Origin: Macrostomum lignano
Lineage: Eukaryota
Direction of reading: 5' to 3'
DNA: 64,000 nt
Assembly (NCBI GenBank): GCA_002269645.1
Contig: NIVC01001600.1
Coordinates: forward strand, 62,001 to 126,000
Shown here: in pieces, positions 12,060 to 22,869 of the stretch
Numbering within the stretch: the first letter of the stretch is position 1
Layout of the letters: each line of letters opens with the position of its first letter
The notes under the pieces: model-generated
Told to the model about the DNA's origin: nothing
The model's database searches: none
What the model saw: only the letters and a program-made list of their open reading frames with translations
Translations under genes and position numbers: made by a program

Positions 12060-13030
12060 CACGACTGGTGATTCCGCAGGAGTATCGAAAGGCCCTATTA
12101 CACGAGTGTCACACCTCACCGTTTGGAGGACATCTTGGCCTCGAGAAAACTTGGCACCGACTATCTCGATTCTACTACTGGCCATAGTGCTACAAAGACA
12201 CCGACGCACATGTTCGCCAGTGAGATCTGCTATCGAGCAAAGTCAGGACCACGAATCCATCTAGAACCCCGAGCTGTCAAATAAAGCAGCGTCTATCCCA
12301 TCTCGCTATCGACCTAGTGGGACCACTACCACCTGGTCACCACCTTCGAGACGTCTATAAATACATCTTAACAGCCCAATGTGGAGTGATTCCCTATTAG
12401 AAATCAAAAATCAGACACAGTTATTAAAATACTACTCGAACGAATAGTAGCAGAATACGGACAGCCCACCTGGATTCATACTGACAACGGAAAAACTTTT
12501 GCCAGCAAACAATTTAATGCTTTCTGCGAACTTTACAATATTCGCCACACCTTTACTACCCAATGCCCAATCTAACGGATTAGTTGAATGTTTCAATAAG
12601 CAAGTTAAATCAATTATCACCTGCCTGATCAATAAGGATCACGGTGATTGGGATTTATTAATACCCGCAGCCCTAGTAACAGTCTGCACTAGCCCCAAAG
12701 TAACAACAGGATTCTCCCCACATTTTCTATTATTTGGCAGAAAAGCCACCCTACCCTTGGATACCCAGATCATAAGTGCAGCAGAACATGCCGATTATCC
12801 CGCCTATATTACGAAGCATGCCGAAAGACTAGAAGAAGCCCATAAAATAGTAACGAAGAAATTGGAAAAAGTAGTTGACAAGAGAACGACCACTGCAGAA
12901 ACCAATGAACTTCCCCCCAGAGTCCCCATAGGTTGTCTTGCTTTAATTAACAATCCCCAATTAGACACAGAAGAATCTCACAAGTTTCATAGAAAGAAGC
13001 GCTCAGCTTTCCGAGTCATAGCCTAGATTT
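12060..13030 (+). pseudogene. Gypsy integrase of element B
   Basis: VIPQEYRKALLHECHTSPFGGHLG, AIDLVGP, WIHTDNG, SNGLVE, FSPHFLLFGR and INNP...KFHRKKR, with stops and frameshifts. Confidence 0.9.
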
Positions 13031-13661
13031 CAGAAGTTGTATTTAAGCCAGAATCAGTTGAATTCGAAAAATCATCTGATGAAGAAAAAAATAAATGGAG
13101 ATGCCAATTAAGAGAAGAAGAGAATGAAGAGATAGAAGGAAACAATGAAGCTCAGTCAGACGATGAAGCCCAGACAGAGGAAGAAAATGAAAAAACCAAT
13201 GAGTCAAAAAGCGAAGCATTGAATGCTCTCCTGCCTCGCTAGATCTCGAGCCCGCGCACACCCACCCCTACAATCTAAGGCGCCCAACCCAAGCCAAACA
13301 CAGATGCGGCTGTCATCTAAAGTGCTTGATAACAGCCCTCAGTCTATTGCGCAATCTTCAATTTTAACCTTTCTACCCTTCCCTCGCCGTCCCCGATTGC
13401 ACAAAAGACCCCAAATTTCACACAAAGAAAGAACTCCCCACGGGCAATGCCAATGTACAAGACCCCTTAGAAATATTGATCCAAACCAAAATTAGAGCCT
13501 AAAGAAGACAAAAAATCGAATGAGTCACAAAAATGAGGAATCTAAAAAACCAAGAACAAAGGGAATGATAAATAAACACTTCAACTGAGATTGCACAACC
13601 AATTTAGCTCCCCACTGTTATCTCCCGCAATAGCTATCTTGAATTCCTTGCATCACTCCCA

Positions 13662-14459
13662 ATGGCTAATAAAGATGAATTGAAAAGGCTGCAGGATGAA
13701 TTAAGCCTCAGTCCTAGTGAAGGAGAAATATTTGATAGTGACACTGAGAATGAGCTCCCAGTTCCTGAACGTCAACAGACCTGGCCCAAACCTCTCACCG
13801 CTAAGCCACGACCCTTATCTGTAGTCGTGCACCCTCTATCCTTGCCGGTATCTGGCAATCGAATCCACTTAATGAGACAGCAGGCCGAAGCTCCAATTCC
13901 TGTTTCTCCAGCTATAGCTCAGCGCCAGCCTAAAGGCAGTAAGCCCACCATCACACTGCCGCTGAGTGAGATTCCCAAGAAGAACGCGAAATGCCATCTG
14001 AGACTGCGCAGTCCACCCTGGATTTGCCACAACGGAACCCTGACCGACAGCCAAGATCCCCAATACGACAGTCACCGCCACCTCCCAAGGCCACGTCATC
14101 TAAAGCTCAGCCCCAAGCTGCTAAGATTGAAGCCCCACCCCTCATGCAGGGAGCAGCTGAATTGAATCCAATTGAAGAAATTGGCAGCGCGTACAGCAAA
14201 CTCATTGCTGCAATGACCAAACCAAGTTGCAGCAAGTATCGCCATCTGGTAGCCAATCTACAGCGCTATCTGGTGCATGTAGGACAATTCCGTCTGGATG
14301 GCCACCCCTTTCTGGTACAAGAAGACTTGCGCCCCACGATCCAGGCCTTGCGGCACATTTCAATCGCTCACGCTGTCGCTGCCTGGCAGCATGCGATCGC
14401 CTATTCGCTGCTTGAGCTGAATCATGGATGGGCCAACTGCACCGAGACTCTATGGCTAA
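13662..14459 (+). pseudogene. Extra 3' ORF (ORF3) of Gypsy element B, truncated by hAT insertion
   Basis: ORFs 13662-14165 and 13991-14488 overlap via a frameshift. The last codons read into the hAT terminus. Confidence 0.5.
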
Positions 14460-15945
14460 CAGTGCTGGGCACTTCCGGTACTCAGTAACTTTTGAAAGTA
14501 CCGCAATTTACTTTTTCCTAAAGTGTTACTTTTTCGAGGTACTTTTTAAACTGGGTAACGGAGTAATGGTAACGGAGGCCTTTTTATATAGTCCAGTCCT
14601 CTGGTCCTCCGTTACTAGCCATTAGAAATTCCTAGAAAAGAGGAATTTTTTAATATACTTCAATCTACTCAATAGAATGGATAGATAAATATAAAATATT
14701 TAAAATATGACTAAACACTATAATATTTATTTAGTACAATGTTATTTTTTTATTTTGCATGTTTTTGTTAATTTGCTTCTTTTTAAAACGAATTTTAATT
14801 TTTTGGAAATTCCTGTTTATATGGCGTTTTTTTTCGTTTTTAAATTTAATTGACTTACTTAAAGTTAAAATTGACTTTGTTTAGTGAGCGACGAAAATGA
14901 TACGGATGCTGATGATCTACTAGGCGACTTCAGCCATCCACAGAAAGAAAGGCAGAGCAGGACGATCCTGAGGGTTAGCACCCAAGCAAAAAAAAATTGT
15001 GCAAGATTGGCTTGACGGTGCCTGGCAACCTGGCGATGGCGTGACAGCTAGCGCATTTCCAATTCCCATTATTGGCGCGCTTTTTGTTTGCTACAATACA
15101 GCCCTCCCAGCTAGTGCAGCAGTTGAGCGAGCATTCTTTGCAGCCAAAGATGTCCTATGCACTAAATGTGCATCTCTAAGCGATAGCACGCTCACTAGGC
15201 TTCTTCTGCTGCGAGGGAATCGTCATTTGTGAATTCATTATTCAATTCATTAATTCAAGTTGAAAGTTTAAAGTTTGAACTATATTTGACTATTTGGTAT
15301 TTTTGTGACAAGGCTTAGCTTAATCAATAATTAATTATACGTATTGTATTGCAATTACTGGTGGTGGTATTAGAATTGAATTTGCTTGGTTCGTTTTTAA
15401 ATCTCTTAAAACTCAAACCCAGTGCATCTCGATCTTGATACATATATGTATGTTAGTAATATTAGTATATGTATTATGTATGTATGTAATGTATCATCAT
15501 TGTATTGAGTCATTGACAGATGACAGTACACGTACAGTAATGTATTGCAATTTAATTTACAAGTAATTGTAAGTATTTATTTTAAATAAAAAATAACTCA
15601 AAGAACACAAGAACTTAAGACACTAAAAATTTTATTAATTCAAATCAACGTTGTCATCAAATTAAAATATATTCAAACAAAATTTCTACCTGCAGGCAGA
15701 CATAAAAGGCTTTATTTTCATTTATTTGCATTTTCTGCACCATGTAGAGCACGTTTTTATCTTTTAGGCACCAGAAAATCTGAAAAATGACATTAGTGAC
15801 TAAGTAACAGACTAAGTAATGGAAGTTACCAAAAAATTGAAAAGTAATGGTTACAAGTAACGAATGAAAAATCTGTTTTGGAGACTTTGGTAATGGAACT
15901 TACCAGTAATGTAATTTACTTTTTTGAAGTAACTTGCCCACAGTT
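14460..15945 (+). mobile_element. Non-autonomous hAT DNA transposon derivative
   Basis: Left end CAGTGCTGGGCA, degenerate right end AAGTAACTTGCCCA, and GTAAC-rich subterminal repeats. Dimerization-domain remnant YNTALPASAAVERAFF...LSDSTL at about 15090-15230. No TSD found. Confidence 0.75.
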
Positions 15946-16393
15946 TAAATTTTTTGCGAACTTTACTACTAGCTGAAAAATACTCATTTATAAAATTATA
16001 TCTTTATTTTTCCTTTAGGAAGGCCAGATGTGCCAGCGTTATTTGGTTATCAAGAAAGTTCCTAGCAATTCTTGAAAATTCTATGGCACGGTTTAATGGA
16101 AAGTTCTAGAAACCAAGGTTTTCATTTTAAAAGTCTAGGGAATTGGCATCCTTAGACATATTATATAGCATGCATTAATACCATACAAGTTGATATTTTA
16201 ATAAAAGAAAACATCTTAAAGATTATTTTGCAACACAGAATGAGCAGTAAATTTATGTTCACAAGTTTCAGTTTGTGGTTTTAGAAAAACTTAGAAATCC
16301 TTAGCTTAGAAATATTAAATCTTTTTGAATAGGCCTAAAATAAAAGTAGGCCTAAAATATAGAATACTTTCTGTTTTGTAAATAAAAAACGAA

Positions 16394-16781
16394 GAGCTTG
16401 CGTGCACGGCAGCCATTCACGTAAGCTCAGAATTGCATGCACGGCGGCTATCTACCTAGTGCTTTATTTGCATGTATGCAGCCGTCCACCTAGTGTTGTA
16501 ATTGTGTGCACGGCAGCCAGCAATTGGCCGAGACTGGGGCCCTTAAATCCACGCATTGGCATTGGCAAACCTAATTGAAAAAATATTTTTACTATTTTGT
16601 TTTATAATGTTTTATCCCCCGTACACCATGGACTGCAAATGTAATCTTAATTCATTGTTTTTTTGTTAATTTGAATATTAATTCGAATAGTATATGACTT
16701 ACTGTATAAGCCTATAAGATATAGCTCTGCCATGCATGCAATTCTGAAGCTTACGTGAACGGTGGCCGTGCACGCAAGCTC
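16394..16781. mobile_element. MITE with about 60-bp imperfect TIRs
   Basis: GAGCTTGCGTGCACGGC...CACGTAAGCT..CAGAATTGCATGCA at the left end is the reverse complement of about 16722-16781. AT-rich non-coding interior. Confidence 0.7.
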
Positions 16782-18149
16782 TTTGTCTAAAAAATTGCCT
16801 TCGCTAAGCTAAGGTCTTGAAGTCTTAAAATATCTCATATAGTATAGTTTTTATATTCATAGGCCTAGTCATACTCATACTCATACTATATAATACAGTA
16901 GAAAACAAATTTTAGGCAAACCGCAAAAGTTTGTCTTGAATATTGCAAATTAATATTCTTTATTAAAAAAAAAAAAAATTACTTACTTACCTTAGGACCT
17001 AACCATTGATAGCAAGCTAGGTAGGCCCTAGTAGGTAGCTTTGCATTTGATCAAATCATGGTCATCCCTTGAAATTGTGACAAATAAGGAGGGAGACGTT
17101 TTGATGTTGGAAGTATGTCATCCAGTTCAGCAGCCGAAATCACATTAGTTAGCACCTAAATAGAGAAACAGCACTTAATTTGGGCTTGGCTCTGCTATGG
17201 TGGTGTGCCTTGCAAAGGCCGGTTGGGGCCCACACCGTTGGGGGTACAGGACAGTTCGGTAATGTGGCATGACCGGTTTTTCAAGTTCCAGTTCCCAAAT
17301 CGTACTTTAAAATCCCGCCGTAACGGAATATGTTACAACGCGTATTAAAACAAGTGTTTATTGCTTTCAAAATGAAATTGACATCAATTTCTAAAAGAAT
17401 AAATGAATATACTGTATTATTTTTAACTTTATTTTATTTTATTTATATTTTTTTGTAGAAACAGATACTAACATAGAGGCGAATATTCAAAAAACCACGG
17501 TTCGATCGAGCAGGCCGGCTCCTCTCAATCTATATCATTATCTTTTATATAGATTGTAATCTATATCATTATCATTATCTTTTGCATGTGATAATGTGAC
17601 GATAACGTTATGAAGTAAGAATTATTTTAAGTATAACAAAAATAAATTACTAAATAAATAAATTACTAATATGTAGAATGAATAAACAATAATCTTTCGT
17701 TCTTTTTACACTTGATAGAGGCAGTTAAGTACAATTATGTTAACTACAATTACTTTGAACCCAAAAATATTGTGTTAAATTAATAATTAATAAATTAAAT
17801 AATAGTAATTTAAATAATCGTTTTAATTGACGCAAAAAGTTCATAAAAGTCTAAGGACAAGGTCCTTAAATATGCGTTTTGAATATCACATGTGCAATAA
17901 AAATATTGAGATAAAAATATATGATAAGATACATGTCATTTGAATACATGTGATGTACATAAGATACATGTGATGAACCTCGGAAAAATAGAAATTAAAA
18001 GGAGTTCCAACGTACTCTAAAGGGACCTTTCACGACTTTTCACGACTCTGTGAAAGGTCTCGGCCTTTACTCTGCGTTTGTTAGGGTTTTAATTATTATG
18101 GCATTTGATTCAGTGCTAAGATTAGCACTTCCTTTTGTTCTGCGAGCCT

Positions 18150-18950
18150 GTCGGGTCCCCAGTAGCTATAGTTGATACGCGCCGCTATGGTGACGGCAGA
18201 CAGCTTGTCTGACCTGTCTGAAACTTTGTTTAGGAGTGCTACACAGAGTGACATTAAGCGCCGTTCCTCTTCGTGCTGCTCCTGGCATGGATTGTGCAGC
18301 TTCGGAACGGACCTCCTTCAGCAGGCGACGGCTTCCTGCTGCGCAGACACATCGGTTGCCGCCAGAACGAGAAGCGCCTGAGCGGTTCTGGGCTACGCTG
18401 ACGACCTCACACTCCTGTCCTCAATTGTTGATGGCGCACTGCAGCCTACGCCAGATTAAGGTTGGTCGAGGTGGCAACAAGCGTCGGCCTATTTGTCAAC
18501 ACGCGCCTGAAGACCGAAGCACTGGCGAGCGAGCCGATATCCCAGCGAAGCTGACAGCGGCGCAGACAGGCAGACGACCAACCTCGCGCGCTGTCAGCGG
18601 TTCACCTTGGCGGTCTGGTGCCCAAACGTTGAGGACGACATTCGGGGACGCAGATCTAGATCGAGGACTTGCCTGGGCGGCCTATCATCATCCTGTAGTT
18701 GGTCATCCTTCAGTCCAAAGCGCTGCCGATCATTAGAGGACTCGGCCGTGGAGACAACTGTCTTGACTCGCACCAATTATGATTGGTGCACTCGGCCCGT
18801 GGGGCTGTTCCGTGCATTCAGGCTGACAAAAGCGTCCTGTCCGAGGACCTGTGCGAGAGGACGCACAACTGCAAGACGAAAAATACATGTACAATCTTGC
18901 GCCGACACGGCGATCGCGACTCCAACCGACAGGCGCTTACGTGATCTGGG
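18150..18950 (+). pseudogene. Decayed non-LTR reverse transcriptase fragment (RTE-X-like) nested in the TIR element
   Basis: Across frameshifts: AAMVTADS, GVL(Q)..D..APFLFVLLL (consensus GVLQGDTLAPFLF) and VLGYADDLTLLS. Confidence 0.65.
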
Positions 18951-19259
18951 CTATTGACCAAGCCTGTCCAGGACATCCTGCATGACGCTCACTTTGCAGG
19001 GATCGACCATTCAGGCGGGCTTAAGCGATATCGAGGACCCGGAGATACGACGTGGACTGCATCCTGAGCAACTTGGGGCGCCCGACACCGTCGATCATGG
19101 GCCGGACTTATATTATTCTTCGCCCGCTGGCGCTTCGACATGTCATCTGACGCTCCCTCCACTGACTACTGCATATTTTTGTTGTTGTTGTTCTATAATT
19201 ACCTACGGGTATACGCTGGTTATTTTATAAATTCAAAGTTACAAAAACCTTGTAGCTAC

Positions 19260-19790
19260 GAAATCGTACAGTTTTGACGTTTAAACATCACGCAATTCAA
19301 GATTGGAGACATGCACTGAAGCAGCAGTAAGGTCTGTGGAGCTGATTTTTTACATATACACAGATTTCAAATGGTAAATTGCGAAAACAAAATTGGTTAA
19401 CAGTAGTTGTTGGGTATTTCGTAGTTCCAGGGGCAGAACGATTTGGCCTGTATGCGAAATTCTGCGGTTACTGACGTTTCAACATCACGCTATGCAAGAT
19501 GGGAGACCTGCACTGAAGCAACAGTAAGGTTTGTGGAGCAGATTTTTTTTATATATACACAGATTTCAGATTGTAAATTGCGAAAATAAAATTGGTTATT
19601 AGTAGTTGTTGGGTATTTCGTAGTTCCAGGGGCAGAATGATTTGGCCTGTATGCGAAATCGTACAGTTTCTGACGTTTCAACATCACGCTATGCAAGATT
19701 AGAGACGTGCACTGAAGCAACAGTAAGGTCTGTGAAGCTGATTTTTTATATCCAGACAGATTTCAGATGGTAAATTTTAGTTTCGAGTCA
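19260..19790. repeat. About 198-bp tandem repeat, about 2.6 copies, subterminal in the TIR element
   Basis: GACGTTT(C/A)AACATCACGC recurs near 19277, 19474 and 19672. Confidence 0.85.
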
Positions 19791-21274
19791 AAAATCGTTC
19801 TACATTCAAGTTCTTTTTGCTAAATCGATCTTTTTGTTATTTTTATCTTACCGGGAACTGGAACTGAAAAACCGGTCATAATGTGGCAGGCGGTGATGCC
19901 ACTGAGTTGAGTAGTTTTTTAATCGATGACTAAATTTTTATTTTTGGCCTGTCCGTGCGTTGATCGCTAAATTATTTTCCCTGGCTTGGAGTTGTCCAGC
20001 CGATGCTCCATCGAGTGTTCCACGCTCTGTACGCTCGCGTCCCCGCGCGGGAACTTTTGTTGGAATACACTCGCCGCCGGGTTATATGCGTAATGTTTTA
20101 AGCCGTGTTCTGCAGTGTCGCCCATTGAGTTTCCCATCAGCTGCTCCCACTTGCGGATGAGTTTGCCTGACTATTTAACCCCCTGATTTTTTGTGTGGAA
20201 ATGCTATGCGCTCGTTCCGTTTGCTTTGCTCTCCCGCTCTTTTAACTTCCGTTTGTCATTAATTTTATCCAGTTGAAACTAGTTTTATTTATTTAATTTA
20301 GCACCTAGGTGCCGCCTGCGTTTCACTCGTTCGTATTCAATTTAAGTTACCTACCTGCTCCATAGTAATCATTTATTAAGCCTAATAAACACCGACTATC
20401 TAATACAATTTTTTTCATTAATTATTTGTTAACGTCAAGCCATAGTATTTCTTGAGTCATTTGCCCGTGGGGCGTAAAATAGCCAAAGTTCTCATCTCAA
20501 AGAAAGCTCTGAGACTTATCCGTTCCGTAATACGTAAATTACGGTGGTGGCAGAAACTACCCTATTGAAAGTAACAAGCTCTGCAAATCGACACATTAAT
20601 TTTACGGCGTCAGAACCTCCGATGTTTCATCGCTTGAACGACCGCGCCGCTAACGACCGCTCCGCTACGATGATTACGACTACCCTCCCCCGGACTTGAG
20701 AACCCGGCAGTCGGAGTAAAACAGAAGAAGAACTTCGTTGTGATTCGTCTGCGCGATTTTCCGGATTTATTCGTGTGAACTCAACGCCGGCGGCAATTCA
20801 GACGAGGAATCCGCCCCACCTCAGCTGGTGTCAGCAAATTTTCAAACCAGCCTATTCCGAAAAAAAATCTTCTCCACCCGGCCCCACCTCAGTAACATTA
20901 TGGACAATTCGGTAACAATATTTAATTTCGAGACTAACACTACAATTATATCGCACCAACTTCTACATCATGGCCAAATTGGCCTATAATTTCATCACTT
21001 TACAGATATTGTTTGACAATATTATCTTTGTTAAAATGTATTTTGGTCTACGGACTGACATGCAACTTGGTAGCTAGTATTAAAATTTTTCAGGAACGTA
21101 AAATGAAGTTTCTTTCATCTGAGGTGGAAAGAGCAAACCCTAGGCATTAGGAAGGACTAAAAGTCCAAGCATCTTTTATAGTTCGTGTTGCAAAATCGAA
21201 AGTTCAAAGAGTAAATCTAAAAGTTTAAAGAGAAGGGAGAGGATTGAGAGGCCGCGGAGAGGGAGGGAGAGAAG

Positions 21275-21634
21275 CAGGGGCGTCGCCATGGATTTAATGG
21301 TGGCGGGGGTGTACAAAGCTAAAAATTCTACAAGCCGTAAATAATACTTTTTTTTCAAAATTGGTGTTGTTTTAGTCTTGGCCATCATTTTAGCGCCGCA
21401 GACACTAGGATTTTTTTAGGAATTAGGAATTAGAAATTTCATTTTAGGAATTTAGAGCGCGTGGCATGTATGCAGACACTTTTTAGCAATTCAGCGCCGC
21501 AAACACTAATTTTAGAAATTTAGCGCCGCAGATCGACACTCGTTTCGGCGCCACAGACACTCATTTTGGCGCCGCAGGCACTCATTTGCGCTCTGAAGCA
21601 AAATTATTGATTTCCATCTCCAGGGCGACGCCTC
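21275..21634. mobile_element. Small MITE with GGCGTCGCC(A/C)TGGA termini and internal GCGCCGCAGACAC repeats
   Basis: CAGGGGCGTCGCCATGGA at the left and TCCAGGGCGACGCCTC at the right are inverted matches. Confidence 0.55.
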
Positions 21635-22867
21635 ACTCAGCAACCATACCGAAAACTTCAAAGAGTGGAGTTCGATTGGTCATGTGAAATATGTCATGCC
21701 AAGCAGCAAAAACAGCAGCAGCAGCAGCACCAACAGCACCAGCAGCAAGAGCAGCAACAGCAGCACCAGCAGCAAGAACAGCAACAGCAGCACCAGCAGC
21801 AAGAGCAGCAACGACAACAACAACAGCAGCACGCACCAGACTTTACGTTCGGTCTAAGACTTTGTCGTAGCTCCTACTTGGCGCCGCGTTTTCGTCGCAG
21901 AGGGGAAACACGCCCAATGGGGGTGTACGAAGAGCGCAATAACCCAGACACTGCGTCCAGCAAGAGCGATTGTACTGGAAGAGGAGCGCGCATAGGTTTT
22001 AACACCGGGGGAGCCAAGTATCCGGCCCGCCACCTCCCCGCTCTTCTGTTGCTCAGGGCCGGCGATGTTGAGACCAACCCGGGGCCTGCTAACAGCTGCG
22101 GACACGTCAGCTGCGGCCGCCCTCTGCGCGGCAAGTTCCTCACCTGCGCGAGATGTAACAGCCGCTTCCAACAGCATCAGAGGTAACAGCAGCAGAGGGA
22201 CTGCTCTGGGTTGAGCCAGGACGGCTCCATCAGCCGGCGCGGGCGCGTGGCCGCGGGCCGCTGGTGCAGCTCCTTTGAGGCCGAACTTATCGCCATCTTC
22301 CAGGCTCTAAGCGACATCATTGCCAGCGCCCCGAAAGAGGCTGCCATTCTCACCGACAGCCAGAGCGCCATCGAGGTCCTGCAAGCTGATCGCCCAACCA
22401 TCAACCCGCTCGTCGAGAGCGTTAAGGAACGCCTTATCACCGCCGCCCGTCTTTCCAAGATCATCCTGCAGTGGGTGCCCGGGCACGCCGGAATCCCCTG
22501 AAATGAACTGGTGGATGCCGAGGCCAAACTAGCGGCCACGCTGCCTCAGGAGCATGTCGGCACCACCCTGGATTCGGCTAGGGCCCGCATCCGACGGGTT
22601 GTTAACTATTCGCCCAACATGACAGGCCACCTACTCGAGGTATATGGCCAAAAGATTACGACGCATGAGAGCCCTCGCAGGCAACAGGTCCTAGTCTCGC
22701 AGGTCCGCGCCGGGCACTGTCCTGCATCGATCTACTACCGCAACCGCACCGGCATTGAGGTCGGGGGCAACTGCCGTCTCTGCGCGGAAGAGGTCGACCA
22801 ATTCCCCCTCCTCAACTGCCCGGCGCGGCCCTGCAGCAGCAACAGATTGCCTTAGACCAACAACAGG
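21635..22867 (+). mobile_element. Ingi/I-group non-LTR retrotransposon, internally deleted (PHD remnant, polyQ, 2A, PHD, RNase H, C-terminal Cys region)
   Basis: WSCEIC, Gln tract, LLLLRAGDVETNPGP and C-x4-C...CARC...CSGL are joined to RNase H (SSFEAEL, ILTDSQSA, WVPGHAGIP*NE), then SQVRAGH...CRLC...CP and a CAACAACA tail. APE and RT are absent. Confidence 0.8.
22043..22087 (+). other. 2A-like ribosomal skipping (StopGo) peptide
   Basis: LLLLRAGDVETNPG|P is an exact D(V/I)ExNPGP motif with a Leu-rich upstream helix. Confidence 0.9.
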
Positions 22868-22869
22868 AT

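Larger units (their letters stand above)
9570..14459 (+). mobile_element. Gypsy/Ty3 LTR retrotransposon B, decayed; no RT and no LTRs recognised
   Basis: GHYKDC knuckle remnant near 9620, RNase H C-terminus at about 11640-11810 (FTVFSDHQPL...RLQKWILYLQ...GKSNSVADCLSR), and integrase at about 12060-13030. The 3' part is cut by a hAT end at 14460. Confidence 0.8.
17270..19878. mobile_element. Non-autonomous TIR DNA element (2,609 bp), superfamily unresolved
   Basis: TIRs TGACCGGTTTTTCAAGTTCCAGTTCCC (17270-17296) and GGGAACTGGAACTGAAAAACCGGTCA (19853-19878), flanked by the identical direct repeat TAATGTGGCA (17260-17269, 19879-19888). Confidence 0.85.
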
